Part shown: one piece after another, positions 23,759 through 24,924 of the stretch
Numbering within the stretch: position 1 is the first letter of the stretch
Layout: every line of letters starts with the position of its first letter
Source of the DNA: Patescibacteria group bacterium
GTDB taxonomy: Bacteria > Patescibacteriota > CPR2 > UBA1875 > JAJYID01
Direction of reading: 5' to 3'
Assembly: GCA_038061315.1 (NCBI GenBank)
Contig: JBBTZO010000044.1
Coordinates: 1 to 24,924 of the forward strand
DNA: 24,924 nucleotides
Translations under genes and position numbers: made by a program
Notes under the pieces: generated by a model
Seen by the model: only the letters and a program-made list of their open reading frames with translations
Told to the model about the DNA's origin: nothing
The model's database searches: none

Positions 23759-24796
23759 ATGAACCAATTCTGGCTAGCCTTTATAACAGGCCTTACAACC
23801 GGTGGGCTTTCTTGTATTGCTCTTCAGGGCGGACTGCTTGCAAGCGTTATTTTAGATGAAGAGAAAGAGTATTTGGAGGATAAAAAGAAGAAATCCGCAC
23901 CAAAAGCACGACCGGTACTGCTTTTCATCATCGCAAAGCTAGTCGCATATACAATCCTTGGTTTTTTACTTGGGTATTTTGGTTCTTTCATATCACTAAC
24001 TCCGGCTTTTCGTGGTTGGCTACAAATAATAATCGGTGTCTTTATGGTAGGTTTAGCACTTAATATTTTAAATATTCATCCAATATTCCGATACTTTTCT
24101 ATTCAACCGCCCAAGTTTATAAGAAAGTTTATAAGAAAGCAGACCCGCGCAGAAACGGGGCAAGCAAAAAACAGTGGTGACCCCGGGGCTATCTTTATGG
24201 GAGCACTAACCGTCTTTCTTCCATGTGCTATCACGCAGGCTATGATGCTTTTAGCTATAGCATCGGGAAGTGGGGTCACCGGCGCAGCAATAATGTTCTC
24301 ATTTATACTTGGGACATCACCGCTTTTCTTCATATTAGGTTACACCACTACAAAATTAACAGAAAAATGGAGTAATATTTTCCAAAAGATCGTTGCAGTT
24401 TTAGTGCTTTTTGTTGCATTCTTTACAATTCTCACGGGTGCAACCTTAGCTGGGTTTAATATCTCCCTAAAGGACAAGGAAATTTCGCAGCAAGTCTCAC
24501 AAGAAGAATCAACGGTTCCTCTAAATAATGGTATACAGGAAGTTACTATCAATGTTTCAGACAATGGATATACTCCCGAAGACATAAAAATAAGAAAAGA
24601 TGTACCCGTAAAAGTTACATTAAAAACGAATGACACGCTCGGTTGTGCAAGAGCTTTTGTCGTGCCTTCGCTAAACATTCAAAAAAACCTGCCAAGAACA
24701 GGGGAAGATAGTTTCGAGTTCACACCTGAAAAAAGTGGGAAAATATCTTTTTCATGCTCAATGGGTATGTACAGCGGACAGTTTGTAGTTGAATAA
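23759..24796 (+). CDS. DsbD_2/TauE-SafE-like membrane protein fused to a C-terminal cupredoxin domain
   Basis: GLSCIALQGGL and LPC membrane cysteines, multiple TM helices, C-terminal GYTP...GCA...FSCSMGMY. Confidence 0.85.
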   Translation: MNQFWLAFITGLTTGGLSCIALQGGLLASVILDEEKEYLEDKKKKSAPKARPVLLFIIAKLVAYTILGFLLGYFGSFISLTPAFRGWLQIIIGVFMVGLALNILNIHPIFRYFSIQPPKFIRKFIRKQTRAETGQAKNSGDPGAIFMGALTVFLPCAITQAMMLLAIASGSGVTGAAIMFSFILGTSPLFFILGYTTTKLTEKWSNIFQKIVAVLVLFVAFFTILTGATLAGFNISLKDKEISQQVSQEESTVPLNNGIQEVTINVSDNGYTPEDIKIRKDVPVKVTLKTNDTLGCARAFVVPSLNIQKNLPRTGEDSFEFTPEKSGKISFSCSMGMYSGQFVVE

Positions 24797-24803
24797 TCCC
24801 TAG

Positions 24804-24842
24804 AGAGGTCGGATCCTTGCGTACCCGCCAGGTCCGACCTCT
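24804..24842. repeat. REP-doublet-like palindrome of the AGGTCGGA/TCCGACCT family
   Basis: AGAGGTCGGA (24804-13)/TCCGACCTCT (24833-42); same core as 12197-12226. Confidence 0.75.
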
Positions 24843-24924
24843 AAAGCAATCCCCCAACAACTCCAACTGTTGTCCAGGATGAGAAACCTCTTGGACACTG
24901 ATTGGTCAAAAAAGGTACACTGGA

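Noticed and set aside
1961-24678. The many short minus-strand and alternative-frame ORFs in the track overlapping long genes
   Set aside because: They are shadows of well-supported + strand genes with no motifs of their own.
1-24924. CRISPR array, rRNA, tRNA, intact IS/transposase, or alternative genetic code
   Set aside because: No regularly spaced direct repeats, cloverleafs or transposase motifs seen; TGA ends genes such as copA and long ORFs are intact under code 11.
24841-24924. Possible 3' end of a minus-strand gene at the right edge
   Set aside because: Two short frames are open and neither is recognisable; there is too little sequence to call.

Overview
An AT-rich bacterial chromosome segment read with the standard code (TGA is stop); all long genes are on the + strand. 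Gene content is consistent with a Patescibacteria/CPR-type genome, but this is inference. The core run is: class A PBP, GAF/PAS histidine kinase, single-domain receiver, recO, a 78-aa acidic ORF, alpha2-type glyQS, greA, lysS, a NUDIX hydrolase, serS, hpf and secA. It is followed by a VirD4/HerA-like ATPase with a coupled hypothetical gene and a copper operon (ArsR-YHS, CupA-like cupredoxin, CopA, DsbD_2/TauE-cupredoxin). Three things are not explained by this gene list. (1) Bases 73-1680 hold three tandem promoter-to-terminator units with no long ORF: a ~510-nt highly structured candidate ncRNA and two structured RNAs carrying SD-led micro-ORFs. (2) A self-contained operon of three tiny single-pass membrane proteins sits at 19793-20397. 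(3) Several families of miniature palindromic elements are present, two of them inserted in frame in proteins (SecA and ArsR-YHS) and one nested inside another. All RNA structures were paired by eye; no folding program or database search was run.
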